A DNA stretch of 64,000 bases from an uncultured Chloroflexia bacterium (GCA_963714835.1 CAVQPX010000026.1:14256-78255); one strand, 5' to 3'. Positions 36,055-46,703 are shown, counted from the first letter of the stretch. Translations and numbers: made by a program. Notes: generated from the letters alone by a model not told the origin.

Positions 36055-37758
36055 ATGAGACCCCTACGTTTCTCGGCGATCCTCTTCGCAGCCATGTTCG
36101 TATTCGTGGCGTGCAATGCGTCCGGAACGGCTAGCCCGGCGGCTTCGCCAGGCGCGTCCGCGAGTCCGGGCACGCCCACGGACGCGCCACCGCCGGCGCA
36201 GGTCGAAGAGATCACCATCGCGATCGCTGACACCGACTTCAAGCTCACGTCGATGGACTGGAACTACGGCTACCCGGGCATCGAGCTCGTGAAGCTCCAG
36301 TACGACACGCTCGTCACGCGCGACACCGACAACAACCCGCAGCCGCTGCTCGCCACGGAGTGGTCGTCGAACGCCACGGCTACAGAGTGGACCTTCAAGC
36401 TGCAGGACGGAGTCAAATGGCATGACGGAACGCCTTTCACCGCCGATGACGTCGTGCACACGATCCAGTACCACAACGATGTCGTCCGAAAGAGCGTCAT
36501 CTTCACGATGGTCCGCGGCTGGACAGCCGAGGCAGTCGACCCGCTGACGGTGAAGATCACCACCCCGGCTCCCGAGCCGGACATCGCCCTGAAGCTGAAC
36601 CTCGTCTGGATCCAGCCCAAGCACGTCTGGGATGGCATCGGAGCCGGTCTGGACGTGGCCGAGGCCGAGGCGGCCTACCGCGCGATCGAGGATCACACGG
36701 GGACCGGGCCCTACAAGATGGAGTCCCTGGATCCCGACGCGTTCTACACGCTCGTCGCCAACGACGACTACTTCCTCGGCGCACCTTCGGTCAAGAAGCT
36801 CCAGTTCGTGATCATCAAGGACCCGACGGCGCGCCTGGCTGCCCTCCGGTCCGGAGAGGTCGACGCGGTCGCGTCGTCCGTGCCGCCGGAGAGTCGCGGG
36901 GATCTCGAGGGTCAGGCGAATCTCAGCCTGCTCCAGGGGCCGACATTCGGGTCGGCGACCCTGGCGTTGAACAACACGCGGGCCCCGTTCGACAACGTGA
37001 ATGTCCGCAAGGCTCTCGGGTTCGCGATCGACCCGCAGGAATTGGTTGACATCGCCATGCTTGGCGAGGCGGTCATCGGCAACCTTGGTTACATCCATCC
37101 AAGCCTGCCTGGAGCCGTTCCAGGCCTTACGTTGAAGCAGGACTTCGCCGAAGGGAATCGGCTCCTTGACGAAGCCGGATATCGCGACACGGATGGCGAT
37201 GGCATCCGTGAGACGCCCGACGGCACACCCATGGCATACGATCTCGGGGCCGCCTCCACCAACCCGGTGCATATCCGTGCTGCGGATCTCATCGGCGAGT
37301 GGGCCAAGGAGATCGGCATCCAGCTCACGACGCAGTCGATCGAGGTGAATGCGTTCTACGAGAAGCTGTGGCCGAGCTTCGATCGGACGTCAGGTGGGAC
37401 GGGCGACTACGAAGTGTTGATCACGGCGTGGTCGGCAGCGGTGCAGAACGTCCCGGCCTCCGCCCTTGACCAGCTCTATCACTCCGACCTCATCATCGGT
37501 CGGCTGAACGTCCAGTGGTCGTCGAGCGCGGCCACGGATGCCCTGCTCGACGAGCTGCGGGGTACGGTCGATCCAGCTCAGCGCGAAACGCTCATTCGGC
37601 AGATCCAGGAACAGGTCGCCGAGGAGCTGCCAATGACGGCGCTGTGGTATGCAAGCGAGACCTTCGCGTTCGACAAGGAGGTCTACGATGGTTGGCGGTA
37701 CCTGAACGGAACCGGGATCATCAACAAGCTGTCGTTCCTGCCCCAAGTCTTCCCGTAG
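36055..37758 (+). CDS. ABC transporter substrate-binding lipoprotein, family 5 (peptide/nickel, DppA/OppA-like)
   Basis: Lipoprotein signal MRPLRFSAILFAAMFVFVACNASG with lipobox FVAC. Family-5 SBP-like body (VKWHDGTPFTADDVV...). Confidence 0.85.
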   Translation: MRPLRFSAILFAAMFVFVACNASGTASPAASPGASASPGTPTDAPPPAQVEEITIAIADTDFKLTSMDWNYGYPGIELVKLQYDTLVTRDTDNNPQPLLATEWSSNATATEWTFKLQDGVKWHDGTPFTADDVVHTIQYHNDVVRKSVIFTMVRGWTAEAVDPLTVKITTPAPEPDIALKLNLVWIQPKHVWDGIGAGLDVAEAEAAYRAIEDHTGTGPYKMESLDPDAFYTLVANDDYFLGAPSVKKLQFVIIKDPTARLAALRSGEVDAVASSVPPESRGDLEGQANLSLLQGPTFGSATLALNNTRAPFDNVNVRKALGFAIDPQELVDIAMLGEAVIGNLGYIHPSLPGAVPGLTLKQDFAEGNRLLDEAGYRDTDGDGIRETPDGTPMAYDLGAASTNPVHIRAADLIGEWAKEIGIQLTTQSIEVNAFYEKLWPSFDRTSGGTGDYEVLITAWSAAVQNVPASALDQLYHSDLIIGRLNVQWSSSAATDALLDELRGTVDPAQRETLIRQIQEQVAEELPMTALWYASETFAFDKEVYDGWRYLNGTGIINKLSFLPQVFP

Positions 37759-37782
37759 GGGGAAGCGAACTCCGCAACCAGC

Positions 37783-37815
37783 CTGACCGGCCCGGGCCTC
37801 GCCCGGGCCGGTCAG
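37783..37815 (+). promoter_or_regulatory. Perfect 15-bp-stem hairpin between the SBP and permease genes (intercistronic stabiliser/attenuator candidate)
   Basis: ctgaccggcccgggc-ctc-gcccgggccggtcag. No U-tract follows. Confidence 0.5.
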
Positions 37816-37843
37816 CGCCAAGCAGCCCTGATAGGATCAAGTC

Positions 37844-38821
37844 TTGACGAAGGCCTACGCGCGGCGCTTCGGCCAGTACGCACTGCTGCTCCTCGTCGCC
37901 CTGTCGATCAACTTCGCACTGCCGCGGATCGCCCCGGGCGGCCCACTCCAGGCGATCGCCGGCGAGAGCGTCGGCCTGCTGACCGCCGAAGAACGCGCCG
38001 ACCTGCTCGCCGCCTACGGGCTGGATCAACCCCTCCCGGTCCAATTCGTGCGGTACCTTGGGCAGATCGCGTCGGGGGATCTGGGAAATTCGTTCCAGGC
38101 GGCGCGCCCGGTCAGCGACATCATCGCCACCCGCCTTCCGTGGACCCTTCTCCTCGCGGGCTCGGCGCTCCTCATCTCGTCCGCCCTCGGCATCCTGCTC
38201 GGGGTGCTCGCAGCCAACCGGCGCGGCAAGCGGACCGACGTCGGCCTCACGACCCTTTTCGGGTTCCTGCAGTCGCTGCCTTCGTTCTGGATCGGGATGG
38301 TCTTCATCGCGATCTTTGCGACCCGGCTCGGATGGCTGCCAACGTTCGGGGCCAAGTCGATCATTCCACCTGACGGCGTCCTCGCCACGGTCGGCGACCT
38401 GGCCGTCCACCTGATCATGCCGCTGACCGTCCTCGTCCTGGCCGGCATCCCTTCCATGTACCTCACGACGCGCTACGCGATGCTCGGGATCCTCCAGGAG
38501 GACTTCATCGATACGGCCTTCTCGAAAGGGCTGCGCGGTCGCGTCATCCTGTTCCGCCACGCCCTGCGCAACGCGCTCCTGCCCGTCCTGACCGTCTTCG
38601 CGTTGCACGTCGGCTTCGTCGTGAGCGGCACGACGATCATCGAGACGGTCTTCTCCTACCCCGGCGTCGGCCGGATGATGTATGAGGCGGTCCTGGCGCG
38701 GGACTACCCGGTGCTGCAGGCCGGGTTCCTGATGATCACGCTGAGCGTGATCGTCGCGAACCTCTTGGCCGACCTCCTGTATCCGATCCTGGATCCGCGC
38801 GCATGGCGACCGGCCGCATGA
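37844..38821 (+). CDS. ABC transporter permease (DppB/OppB-like)
   Basis: Six hydrophobic segments and the EAA-like loop YLTTRYAMLGILQEDFIDTAFSKGL. TTG start. Confidence 0.85.
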   Translation: MTKAYARRFGQYALLLLVALSINFALPRIAPGGPLQAIAGESVGLLTAEERADLLAAYGLDQPLPVQFVRYLGQIASGDLGNSFQAARPVSDIIATRLPWTLLLAGSALLISSALGILLGVLAANRRGKRTDVGLTTLFGFLQSLPSFWIGMVFIAIFATRLGWLPTFGAKSIIPPDGVLATVGDLAVHLIMPLTVLVLAGIPSMYLTTRYAMLGILQEDFIDTAFSKGLRGRVILFRHALRNALLPVLTVFALHVGFVVSGTTIIETVFSYPGVGRMMYEAVLARDYPVLQAGFLMITLSVIVANLLADLLYPILDPRAWRPAA

Positions 38822-39690
38822 CGCAGGACGCGGCAGTCCTCTCGAGTGCAGGTGCCCGGGCGCGACCGTTCGCCTCCGGTCGCAAGATCGGGATCCTCGG
38901 GGTCGTCATCCTCGTGACTCTTGCCGCGATCTCGATCCTCGCGCCGATCCTGGCACCGTACGACCCGAATGTCCGCTCCGGAAGGCCGTTCGAGGCCCCG
39001 AGCGCTGAGCACGTGCTCGGAACGAACGACTTCGGTCAGGACATCCTCAGCGAGCTCATCTTCGGAGCCAGGATCTCACTGCTCGTCGGGCTGGTCGCGG
39101 GATTTGTGACCGTCGCCATCGGGATGCTGGTCGGCCTTGTCGCCGGATCCTCGCGCGGGTGGGTCGACGGTCTGCTCATGCGGACCGCGGACGCTGTTCT
39201 CGTGCTTCCGTTCCTCCCGCTGATGATCGTCATCGCGGCGTTCGCCGGATCGAGCGTGGCGAACCTCGTCATCATCATCGCCCTCATCTCGTGGCCGCAG
39301 ACCGCCCGCATCGTCAGATCGCGCGTCCTCGTGCTCTCTGGTCGCGGGTTCGTCGAGGCTGCGCGCGCGCTCGGCGCGTCGCAGACGCGGCTCGTCGGCC
39401 GCTACCTGCTTCCCCTGGTGCTGCCGCTGGCGATCTCGCAGTTCGTGATCGTGGCCGCGAACACGATCCTGATCGAGGCATCGCTGAGCTTCCTTGGCCT
39501 TGGCGACCCGACCGCTGAGACCTGGGGTTCGATGCTGTTCTGGGCGCAGGCGCGCGGGGCCTTCCTCAACGATTCGTGGTTGTGGTGGGTGATGCCGCCC
39601 GGTCTTGCGATCAGCCTGACCGTCCTGGGATTCACCTACGCGGGTTATCTGCTCGAGGACCTGGTCGACCCTCGACTCCGTCGTGCCTGA
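38803..39690 (+). CDS. ABC transporter permease (DppC/OppC-like)
   Basis: HVLGTNDFGQDILSELIFGARISLLVG is the typical DppC N-terminal motif. EAA-like loop RSRVLVLSGRGFVEAARALG. It overlaps the previous permease gene by 19 nt. Confidence 0.85.
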   Translation: MATGRMTQDAAVLSSAGARARPFASGRKIGILGVVILVTLAAISILAPILAPYDPNVRSGRPFEAPSAEHVLGTNDFGQDILSELIFGARISLLVGLVAGFVTVAIGMLVGLVAGSSRGWVDGLLMRTADAVLVLPFLPLMIVIAAFAGSSVANLVIIIALISWPQTARIVRSRVLVLSGRGFVEAARALGASQTRLVGRYLLPLVLPLAISQFVIVAANTILIEASLSFLGLGDPTAETWGSMLFWAQARGAFLNDSWLWWVMPPGLAISLTVLGFTYAGYLLEDLVDPRLRRA

Positions 39691-39717
39691 GAGAGCCCGA
39701 GGGGAACCTGGTCGGAC

Positions 39718-40740
39718 CTAGTGGTTCGGCCGGATATCCACGAGATCTTCCGGGAAGTGGCACGCGACCGGATGACCCTGTCCGCGGTCGATCAACGGAG
39801 GATCCTCCTCGGCGCAGACGTCCTGCGCCTTCCAGCAGCGCGTACGAAATCGGCAGCCGGACGGCGGATTGGACGGGTTCGGAGGGTCGCCGGACAGGAG
39901 GATGCGCTGCCGGCCGGCGCGCTGTCGCGGGTTCGAGACCGGCACGGCGGAGAGCAGGGCCTGGGTATACGGGTGGAGTGGTCGGCCGTAGACGTCGGCC
40001 TCGGCACCGGATTCGACGATCCGGCCCAGATACATGACCGCCACGCGGTCGGCCACGTGCCGGACGATCGAGAGATCGTGCGCGATGAAGACGTAGGTCA
40101 GGCCGAACTCGCGCTGGATCGCGCGAAAGAGGTTGAGGACCTGGGCCCGGATCGAGACGTCAAGCGATGAGACGGGCTCGTCGCAGTAGATGATGTCCGG
40201 CTCGAGCGCGAGGGCCCGAGCGATGCCGATGCGCTGACGCTGGCCGCCTGAGAACTGATCGGGGTAGTTGTCGATCTGACGCGAGTTGAGACCCACACGC
40301 TCCATGAGGGCGACTGCTCGGTCGCGCTCGGAGCCTCGCGGGACGACGTTGCGATGGATGGCCCACGGTTCGGCGATGATCTGGCCCGCCGTCATGCGCG
40401 GATGCAGGGAGTCGTACGGGTCCTGGAAGACGATCTGCATCCGGCGCCGGAGGTCAAACGTCTCGCGTGCTGACAGCCCGAAGACGTCCCGATCCTCGAG
40501 GAGCGCCTGGCCAGAGGTCGGGCGCTCGAGAAGCATCAGGACGCGTGCGAGAGTCGACTTGCCGCACCCCGACTCGCCGACGATGCCGAGCGTCTCCCCG
40601 CGGTTCACGTCGAAGCTGACGCCATCCACGGCCTGGACCACGCCCCGTCGTCGACCCAGGAGTCCCCCGCGAACCGGGAAGTGCTTGATGACGTTCCTGA
40701 CGCTGAGCAGGGGGCCCTCTGCTCGACTCACGTCAACCAT
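39718..40740 (-). CDS. ABC transporter ATP-binding protein (DppF/OppF-like)
   Basis: Walker [10 protein letters not shown], signature [15 protein letters not shown], Walker [13 protein letters not shown], and a C-terminal oligopeptide-type extension ([15 protein letters not shown]). Confidence 0.85.
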   Translation of the reverse strand: MVDVSRAEGPLLSVRNVIKHFPVRGGLLGRRRGVVQAVDGVSFDVNRGETLGIVGESGCGKSTLARVLMLLERPTSGQALLEDRDVFGLSARETFDLRRRMQIVFQDPYDSLHPRMTAGQIIAEPWAIHRNVVPRGSERDRAVALMERVGLNSRQIDNYPDQFSGGQRQRIGIARALALEPDIIYCDEPVSSLDVSIRAQVLNLFRAIQREFGLTYVFIAHDLSIVRHVADRVAVMYLGRIVESGAEADVYGRPLHPYTQALLSAVPVSNPRQRAGRQRILLSGDPPNPSNPPSGCRFRTRCWKAQDVCAEEDPPLIDRGQGHPVACHFPEDLVDIRPNH

Positions 40741-41770
40741 GCATGACCTCGGATCCAAAGTGACAAGCGGCTGATCGATTGGCTGCGATCTCTACCAGCG
40801 CGGGCTCCGTGCTCATGCATACCTCGGCCACGTGGGAGCAGCGGGGGTTGAACGGACACCCAGGCGGAATCGCCAGGAGGTCGGGCGGTGTGCCCTTGAT
40901 CGCCGTGAGTGTCTCCGTCCGCTCATGGATCGACGGGATCGAGGACAGGAGACCGCGCGTATATGGGTGCGCGGCGCGGTCATAGATGTCGATCGTCGCT
41001 CCGGTTTCGACGATCCGACCGGCGTACATCACCGCGACGCGATCTGCCACCTCGGCCACGACCCCGACGTCGTGCGTGATGAGGATCAGGGCCATTCCGG
41101 TTTCCCGGCGCAGCGTTTCAAGGAGGTCCATGATCTGAGCCTGGACCGTGACGTCGAGGGCTGTCGTCGGCTCGTCTGCGATCAGGATCGCAGGGTCCAG
41201 GGCGATCGCCATCGCGATCATCACACGCTGGCGCATGCCTCCCGAGAACTGATGGGGATAGTCGCGAACACGCTGGCGGGCCGCCGGGATGGAGACGCGA
41301 TCCAGCAGCTCGACGGCTCGGCGGCGTCCTTCGTCCCAGGTGGCCCCGCGGTGCGTGCTGAACATCTCGGCGATCTGGTCGCCGATCGACATGACCGGGT
41401 TCAAGGCGCTCATGGCGTCCTGGAAGATCATCGCCATCTGCTCGCCGCGAATGCCTCGCAGTGTCGCTTCGTCCGCACCGATCAGCTGATCGCCCTTGAA
41501 CACGACCGAGCCTGAGATCGAGCACTCGGCGCGACGGATGATGCCCATCACGGCTCGGACGCCAACGCTCTTGCCCGCCCCGGACTCGCCGAGGATGGCG
41601 AGCGTCTCGCCGGCGGCGATCGAGTAGCTGATCCCGTTCACGGCCTGGACGATGCCGTCAGGGGTTCGGAAGCTGACGCGAAGGTCGGAAACATCGAGCA
41701 ACCGCTGCGGCGACTGGCTCGCGGCGAACGGGGGCTGACCGGTTGCTTGCGCGCCAATGTCGAGGGTCAT
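40733..41770 (-). CDS. ABC transporter ATP-binding protein (DppD/OppD-like)
   Basis: Walker [10 protein letters not shown], signature [15 protein letters not shown], Walker [14 protein letters not shown]-terminal [10 protein letters not shown]. Start at MTLDIGAQ (41770), overlapping the stop of the upstream hydrolase gene. Confidence 0.85.
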   Translation of the reverse strand: MTLDIGAQATGQPPFAASQSPQRLLDVSDLRVSFRTPDGIVQAVNGISYSIAAGETLAILGESGAGKSVGVRAVMGIIRRAECSISGSVVFKGDQLIGADEATLRGIRGEQMAMIFQDAMSALNPVMSIGDQIAEMFSTHRGATWDEGRRRAVELLDRVSIPAARQRVRDYPHQFSGGMRQRVMIAMAIALDPAILIADEPTTALDVTVQAQIMDLLETLRRETGMALILITHDVGVVAEVADRVAVMYAGRIVETGATIDIYDRAAHPYTRGLLSSIPSIHERTETLTAIKGTPPDLLAIPPGCPFNPRCSHVAEVCMSTEPALVEIAANRSAACHFGSEVMHG

Positions 41771-42808
41771 AGGTGGCCTGCCGATGAGACGCCGAGCAGA
41801 CGCTCGGCCAGGAAGTCGACGATGACACGTGGATAGCTGGGATGGTAAGGCAAGCGCGCTGCGGTCCTCCCGAGTCGGTCGCGCAGGCGTTCCTCCTCGT
41901 CCTCGGCGATGAGGCGGAACCCGTGCCCGGCGCCGGCGACGAGGTGGAAGTCGACCTGTCGATTCCCGGCGGCCCACAGAGCGCGGAGTGTACGGAACGT
42001 ATCCTCGACCTGGGTATTCATGTCCTCCGCGCCATGGACCACGAGGGTCGGACATGCCACGTAGCGGAACTGCTCCTCGGGCGGGTAGGTCAGATCGTAT
42101 CTGGTGTCTTCGACCGATCGCTCCACCACCACGCCGTGTTGCTCGACGCGAACGGTCCCACCCCCCGACTCCAGCGCCTTGAGGTACTCGTCGACCACGA
42201 TCCCGTTCTCGAACTCGATCGGATTGGCCGCCTTCAGCCACTCCCGCTCTTCGTCGCCCCGGGCGATGAAGTCACGTGTGCGCCGGAAACTCCAGGAGAG
42301 GAACTCCGGGATCGACTGGGCCAACGCTCCCATGAGGACGGCCGCGCCGGGAGTGGCACCGGTCGCCGCCAGCCGGCACAGGACATAGGCACCAGCACTG
42401 TGGCCGGCCATCGCCGCGGCGCCTGCGACCTCATCGCTGTGACCGAGCCAATCCCAGACCGCCGCGGCATCACGGATCTCCGTCTCGCGTCCGGCCGTGG
42501 CGTCCGGTTCGTGCACGCCGGTGCTGGCGCCGACTCCTCGCTTGTCGAAATCGAAAGGACGCGATGCCGGCGGCCCCGAGCGCCCGGGCCAACGGCCTGA
42601 AAAGTCCGTAGGGCTGGCTCCCGACCATGTCCGGCGGCGTTGGGAACCGCGCCGGATCGACGGTCCCGTCGCGCATGTCGGCCATGGTCCCCGCGAGCAT
42701 GAGGACCGCGGGGGCGGCGGGTCCGTCCGGTACCGTGAGCGTGCCCGCGAGCTCGGCGCCGTCCACGGGGACCCGTCGTTCGAGCTCTCGAAACCGAGCC
42801 GCTTCCAT
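41767..42808 (-). pseudogene. Alpha/beta hydrolase, frameshifted near 42550
   Basis: The N-terminal 86 aa (MEAARFRELERRVPVDGAELAGTLTVPDG...LARALGAAGIASFRF) are in one frame. The continuation DKRGVGASTG...AAMAGHSAGAY (nucleophile elbow GHSAG)...LVVHGAEDM...GAGHGF is in another. The junction reads ...tcctttcgatttcgacaag... Confidence 0.65.
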
Positions 42809-42904
42809 CTCGCCATCTCCTCGTCCTGACCCACGCGACGGAGGGTCTACCATACAACCCCACACAACTTCAGTCCACTTGATGAGGATCGCTGGAAACG
42901 TGCC

Positions 42905-44152
42905 ATGCCGATGACGGATCCCCCTTGGCCAGACCCGACGCCGGCCTTCACGCGGCGGTTCGATTCGCTGGCCGCCATCGGACGCGACGCCACGAGCGGC
43001 GCGTATCACCGGTTCAGCTGGACAGCGGTCGACCGTGCGGCTCGGGCGTGGTTCACGGACGAGGCGGTGGATCTGGGTCTCCGCGTCGACACCGACCGGT
43101 TCGGGAACCTGTGGGCATGGTGGCCGGACGTGGACGGCGACAGTGCGATCGCCACCGGGAGCCATCTGGACACCGTTCCGGGCGGAGGCGCCTACGACGG
43201 AGCACTCGGCGTGGTTGCGGCCCTTGGCGCCGCGGAGTTGTTGCGCGATACCGGTTTTCGACCGAAGCGCCCGCTTGCGATCGCGGTGTTCACCGAGGAG
43301 GAGGGAGCCCGTTTCGGCATGGCGACACTCGGCAGCCGTCTGGCGGCCGGCCGCGTCGACCCCGTTGCCGCGTTTGGGTTTCGGGACGTCGACGGGGTGA
43401 CCCTGGGCGATGCGATGCGGGCCATGGGCCTCGAGCCAGGACGGGGCGAGGACGGACCTTCGCCCGTCGCGCGCCTGGGCTGCTTCGTCGAGCTGCATAT
43501 CGAGCAGGGGCGACGACAGGCTGACCTCGGAGCGCCCATCGCCGTCGCGACGGAGATCGTCCCCCACGGGCGGTGGCGGCTCACCGTCACCGGCGACGGC
43601 AATCACGCCGGGACGACCCGTCTGGCAGACCGGCACGATCCGTCGCTCCCGATGGCCGAGGCGATCCTGTCCGCTCGCCGCCACGCCGAGCGCCACGGCG
43701 CCGTCGCGACGGTCGGCCGCGTCGAGATCGAACCGAACGGGACGAACGTCATCCCGTCCAGGATCCGTGCCTGGCTGGACGCCCGCGCCCCGGAAGACGC
43801 CGTCTTGACGGAGTTGGTCCGCGATTGGTCCGCCGACGCCGTCGCGGCCGGTGCGGTGCACGGATGCGAGGTTGCCATCGCCGAGGAATCGCGGAGCGCT
43901 GCCGTCCGGTTCGATCCCGACCTGACCGGGCGGATCCAGGACAACCTGTCCCGCGGCGGCCAGTCGGTCCCGGCGATCGCCACCGCTGCCGGACATGACG
44001 CCGGTATCCTCGCGTCTTCAACGCCGACTGCGATGATCTTCGTTCGGAACCCGACCGGGATCAGTCACGCTGCTGCCGAAGCGGCGACCGTCGACGATTG
44101 CGTGGCGGGCGTGCGGGCGCTCGCCACGGTACTGGCCGACCTCGCAGGCTAG
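42905..44152 (+). CDS. M20-family Zn-dependent amidase of the hydantoinase/carbamoylase type (allantoate amidohydrolase / N-carbamoyl-L-amino-acid hydrolase-like)
   Basis: ATGSHLDTVPGGGAYDGALGVVAALGAAELL...AIAVFTEEEGARFG...AAGHDAG are characteristic of this M20 subfamily. Confidence 0.8.
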   Translation: MPMTDPPWPDPTPAFTRRFDSLAAIGRDATSGAYHRFSWTAVDRAARAWFTDEAVDLGLRVDTDRFGNLWAWWPDVDGDSAIATGSHLDTVPGGGAYDGALGVVAALGAAELLRDTGFRPKRPLAIAVFTEEEGARFGMATLGSRLAAGRVDPVAAFGFRDVDGVTLGDAMRAMGLEPGRGEDGPSPVARLGCFVELHIEQGRRQADLGAPIAVATEIVPHGRWRLTVTGDGNHAGTTRLADRHDPSLPMAEAILSARRHAERHGAVATVGRVEIEPNGTNVIPSRIRAWLDARAPEDAVLTELVRDWSADAVAAGAVHGCEVAIAEESRSAAVRFDPDLTGRIQDNLSRGGQSVPAIATAAGHDAGILASSTPTAMIFVRNPTGISHAAAEAATVDDCVAGVRALATVLADLAG

Positions 44153-44194
44153 TCCGCCATGAGACAGGGGGCGCCGGAGCGCGCCTGACCGAAC

Positions 44195-45304
44195 CTACGG
44201 TCGCCGCAGGAAGGGCTGGATCGCCGCAACGGCTCGATCCACATCGTCGATCGTGTTCCAGACGTGGACCGAGAACCGGATGGCGCCGCCCCGGACCGAG
44301 GCCTTGATCCGGGCAGCCTCCAGGGCGGCGCGGGCAGCGTCCGTATCGGAGACCGAGAGACACACGAGCGACGACCCCCGGGGCTCCTCCCCGACTGCCT
44401 CGTAGAAGGCATCGGCCAGAGATCGTGCCGCTTCGAGCGTCCCGTCGCGCTGCCATGCGACGACGAGGGGCAACGCCGCGGTGGTCCCCACCCAGGGCAG
44501 CCATGCCAGGGACACGTTGAACCGCGAAGCGTCGTCGGCGAGCGTGAGCGGGCCACCGAAGAACGTCATGAATGGGTCGGTCGCGCCGCGCCAGTTCGCG
44601 TGGGTGGGCGTGATGTCACCAAGCCGATCCTCGTGGACGTACATGAAGCTCGTGCCGCGTGCGCCCAGCAGGTGCTTGTACGCAGCACAGACGAGGTAGT
44701 CGATGCCGGCGATGTGCTCGGCGGTCGAAACGAACGGCGTGGCGTGCGTGGCGTCCACGAAGATCCGCGACCCAGCGTCCGAGGCGCGCTGGCGGATCGA
44801 CGCGAGATCGGCCACCCGGCCCGTCTGCATCTGGACGAGACTGAAGGCCGCCAGGGTGACGTCATCGGTGATCGCGTCGGCCACCCGATCGAACGGCACC
44901 TGTCGGACGATGGCGCCCCGTTGTTCGGCGACGAGGAGGGGGAACAGGTCGGAGACGTGCTCGTCCTCGGGCACGACCACGACATCGCCGGGCCGAAGCG
45001 ATCCGGCAACGAGTCCCATGCCCACGGACACCGTCGGGATCAGCGCGATATCGGTGGTGCGGGCGCCGAGCAGTGAGGCAAAGTCGGCACGCGCCCCGTC
45101 CGCGGGACGGTCCCAGTCGTCGACCCACCGACCCGTACCCGCGCGCCAGTCGCGGAGCGCCTGGTCCATCGCGTCGACGGCAGGCGTCGGCGGGAGGCCG
45201 TAGGACGCCGCGTCCAGGTACGCCAGGCCCGCCGCAGGTTCGAAGAGCGAACGCACCGATGCATCGATCTGAGTTCGCACGGCGCTGGCAGCGGAGTTCG
45301 GCAT
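44195..45304 (-). CDS. Class V aminotransferase-fold PLP enzyme
   Basis: AYLDAASYGLPP...IFVDATHATPF...DYLVCAAYKHLLGARGTSFMYV, with the PLP-Lys context (yK.l.g..G). Start at MPNSAAS (45304). Confidence 0.7.
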   Translation of the reverse strand: MPNSAASAVRTQIDASVRSLFEPAAGLAYLDAASYGLPPTPAVDAMDQALRDWRAGTGRWVDDWDRPADGARADFASLLGARTTDIALIPTVSVGMGLVAGSLRPGDVVVVPEDEHVSDLFPLLVAEQRGAIVRQVPFDRVADAITDDVTLAAFSLVQMQTGRVADLASIRQRASDAGSRIFVDATHATPFVSTAEHIAGIDYLVCAAYKHLLGARGTSFMYVHEDRLGDITPTHANWRGATDPFMTFFGGPLTLADDASRFNVSLAWLPWVGTTAALPLVVAWQRDGTLEAARSLADAFYEAVGEEPRGSSLVCLSVSDTDAARAALEAARIKASVRGGAIRFSVHVWNTIDDVDRAVAAIQPFLRRP

Positions 45305-45410
45305 CGAGACCTCCTGCGATCGGACCCGGACGCCTGGTGCGCCGGACGACGATGCGGTTCCTCGCCGCCTCGCGACACATGCCCGGTCCTTGCTGTCGTC
45401 TGGCCCCATC

Positions 45411-46571
45411 CTATCCCGCCGTTGGGTCACGTTCCTCCCGAGCGAGGTTCCCGAGGAACCGGCCATCCGTGAAGATCGTTCGTCCATCGACATCGACCGT
45501 GCCGCCTTCACGCAGGTCCTTGACGATGTCCCAGTGCAGGGCCGACTGGTTCTCGCCGCCGCACTGCGGATACGAACGGCCCAGCGCGATGTGCACGGTG
45601 CCCGCGACCTTCTCGTCGAGCAGGAGGTCGCCGCAGAGCACCGAGAGCGCCGGGTTCAGGCCGAAGCCCAGCTCGCCCAGGCGTCGCGACCCACCGTCGA
45701 GGTCGAGCAGTCCCTCGAGCAGATCCTCGTTGGCATCGGCCGTCGCCTCGACGACCGCGCCCTGCTCGAACCGCAGGCAGATCCCGGGGATCTCCCGCCC
45801 AGCGAAGAACGCGGGGTGCTCGAACGTGATCACTCCCTCGGCGCTCGTCTCGATTGGACTCGTGAAGATCTCGCCGCCGGGCAGATTGATCCTGCCGTCG
45901 TCGATCGCCCACGTTCGGCCCGCGATCGACATCGTGAGGTCGGTCCCGCGTCCGACGATCCGGACCTCACGAGCGCCACGAAACAGGTTGGCGACTTGCT
46001 GATATCCGGGAGCCTCTCCCGCCCAGTCGCGGATGGTCGCCTCGAAGAACGCCGACGCGAGGTCGGGCAGGGTCATGTTGGCGCGCCGAGCGAGTCCCTC
46101 GCTGGGGACGCGGACGATGACCCACCGGGTCGTCTCGGTCCTCAGCGCCGATACCCGGCCGACAGCGCCCCGGCGAGATGCGATCCGGCCTGCGGACACG
46201 TGCGAGAGTTCCTCGAGCTCCCCGGCTCCCCGGATCGCGATCGACACGTCGGCCCACTGCATGGCCTGCCACTGGATCTCCGGGACGACCTCGACCTGTG
46301 CCGCGGATCCATGGAGCAGCAGGTCCCGCTCGAGACTCGATGCCTGGAACTCGACGAATGCCGTCCCTCCCGCCCGGACCACGGCCTCGTGGACGGCCTG
46401 GACGAGAGGGAAGGTCTCGGGCTCGACCATCGTGATGAGCACACGGTCCCCGTGTCCGACCCGCGTCGACCAGTTCACGACGACCTGCGCCAGTCGTTCC
46501 CATCGGGGATCGGTGGCGATCACCGGCCCGGCGTCAGGGTCTTCACGCGTCACCTCCTGCTTCCCTACCAT
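45411..46571 (-). CDS. M29-family aminopeptidase (AmpS/PepS-like)
   Basis: DPRWERLAQVVVNWSTRVGHGDRVLI...PGGEIFTSPIETSAEGVITF...GELGFGLNP...TVHIALG fits the M29 pattern. Confidence 0.8.
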   Translation of the reverse strand: MVGKQEVTREDPDAGPVIATDPRWERLAQVVVNWSTRVGHGDRVLITMVEPETFPLVQAVHEAVVRAGGTAFVEFQASSLERDLLLHGSAAQVEVVPEIQWQAMQWADVSIAIRGAGELEELSHVSAGRIASRRGAVGRVSALRTETTRWVIVRVPSEGLARRANMTLPDLASAFFEATIRDWAGEAPGYQQVANLFRGAREVRIVGRGTDLTMSIAGRTWAIDDGRINLPGGEIFTSPIETSAEGVITFEHPAFFAGREIPGICLRFEQGAVVEATADANEDLLEGLLDLDGGSRRLGELGFGLNPALSVLCGDLLLDEKVAGTVHIALGRSYPQCGGENQSALHWDIVKDLREGGTVDVDGRTIFTDGRFLGNLAREERDPTAG

Positions 46572-46703
46572 GATGGTCGGGCAGTTTGCGATGGCGATCG
46601 AGCCTCGCGAGATTCGACACCGGCCGAGGGCGGAAGCCCGCGGGCCGCGCTGCTCGATGCATCACGCCGCCCGGCCGGATATCAAGCTACGCGGAGGTTC
46701 CTC

